From Isurus oxyrinchus (lineage: Eukaryota), in NCBI GenBank assembly GCA_026770705.1, contig JANJGN010000036.1:1860001-1924000 (forward strand): 64,000 nt of DNA, given 5' to 3'. Numbering within the stretch: position 1 is the first letter of the stretch; each line of letters begins with the position of its first letter. Positions 62,670 through 64,000 of the stretch are shown one piece after another. Below the pieces are notes generated by a model. The model had not been told where the DNA came from and made no database searches. It saw only the letters and a program-made list of their open reading frames with translations. The translations under genes and the position numbers were made by a program.

Positions 62670-63260
62670 CATGGACTCCTTCAGTGTTTGCGGAGTTGCG
62701 AATGGTGCTGAACATTTTGTAATCACCAGTGAACATCCCCACTTTTGATCTTAGGCTGGACGCAGGGTCACCAAAGAAGCAGCTGAAGATGTTTTGGCCT
62801 AGGAGATTACCCTGAGTAACTCTTAAAATTATGTCTTCAAATTGAGATGATTAAACTACAACAACCACAAGCATCTTCCTTTATTTTAAACATGACTCCA
62901 CACAGCGGAGAGTTTTCCGCCTGATTCCCATTAATTCCAGTTTTGCCGGGGCTCATTAATGCCACAGAACATCAAATGCTACTTTAATTTCAAAAGCAGT
63001 TGCTCTCACCTCACCACTAGAGTTCATTTCTTCTGCCAATGTTTGAACCTAGGCTGTAGTAAGGTCCAAAGTTGAGTGACCATGGCGGAACACAAACTGA
63101 AAGTCAGTGAGCAGGGTATTGATAAGCAGTGCCGCTTCATAGCACTGCTGATGACCCCATTGCATCGCTTTAACGATGATGGAGAGTACAAAGATAGGGC
63201 AGTAAATGGCCGGTTGCATTTGAACTGTTATTTCGTATACATGACGTACATGAGCAATGT
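62670..63260 (-). mobile_element. Second LINE family (CR1/L2 group) RT fragment; 3' end of a related element at ~63720-63985 (+) and a piece at ~45945-46040
   Basis: LLTDFQFVFRHGHSTLDLTTA (QFGFR motif); caaatgctactttaatttcaaaagc (A-x-x-I-K-x-AFD motif on the - strand). Confidence 0.75.
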
Positions 63261-63264
63261 TCCA

Positions 63265-63560
63265 CATTGGCAGAGAATGATACAGCCCAAAATGAGGCCA
63301 TTCAGCCCATTGTGTCTGTGCTGCCTCTTTGGAAAAGTGCCACTGTCACGCGACTCTGAGAATGGAAAACCCTCCTCACTCTCCTCTGAAATGAGACACC
63401 TCTCATTATGAAGCTGTGCTGGCAAACTCTAGATTGGCCCCACAACGAGCAGATCTGCTCGATCCCTCTCAGAATGCTACATGCTTCCATAAGATCTGGT
63501 CGATCCCTCTCAGAACGCCAAATGCTTCAATAAGATCACCTCTCATTCTTCTAAATCCGA
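63265..63560 (-). mobile_element. CR1 3' end fragment, antisense
   Basis: gaggccattcagcccattgtgtctgtgctg ... aataagatcacctctcattcttctaaa. Confidence 0.75.
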
Positions 63561-64000
63561 TATTTGTGGCTCCATCCGGCTCAAAGTGTTCTGCAAAACA
63601 CGCCTTCATCTCACTGAGCCTTCACAGAACTGACTCCCATATGTGTACATATAAACATACACATACACACACACTCACATACTGAGTAGTACGCACACAG
63701 ATAAATACAAATACATCAAAAAGGACAAAGGCAGCATGGGAACACCACCACCTGCACTTCCCCTCCAAGTCACACATCGTCCTGAGCTGCAATGAGATCG
63801 CCGTTACTTCCCGGTCGTTGGATCAAAATCCTGAAACTCTCTTCCAAACAGCACTGTGGGCGCACCTACATTACATGGACTGCAGTGGGTCAAGGAGATG
63901 GCACATCACCAGCTTCTCAAGAGGAATTAAGGATAGGCAACAAACAGTGGCCTGGCAAGGAACGTTCACACGTCATCAATAAATAAAACATGCATATACA

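Overview
Eukaryotic, repeat-rich genomic DNA, almost certainly from a cartilaginous fish (shark-type repeats and gene families), with six short N gaps. The only clearly intact protein-coding unit is a minus-strand immunoglobulin light-chain minicluster of the shark type I / NS5 (sigma-cart) kind. It has an octamer promoter, leader exon (33516-33564), V exon (33044-33369) with a 12-RSS, J (32621-32657) with a divergent 23-RSS, C exon (30948-31276) and a polyA signal. It is unrearranged, not germline-joined. A two-exon GPR139-like GPCR pseudogene with three frameshifts lies at 58650-61175 (-), and an orphan first exon of a paralog lies at 169-232 (+). The rest is CR1/L2-group LINE fragments, a tRNA-derived SINE, several minisatellite families and patchwork local duplications on both sides of the Ig cluster. 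The most unusual items are: (1) a young perfect 99-bp-arm palindromic insertion (7841-8082) with a 14-bp target-site duplication and a minimal hammerhead-ribozyme-like motif on each strand; (2) a second octamer inside the V-J interval; (3) an array of AG|GTCAGA splice-site-like repeats in the J-C intron. No database searches were run; family assignments rest on motif recognition, and repeat boundaries are approximate.
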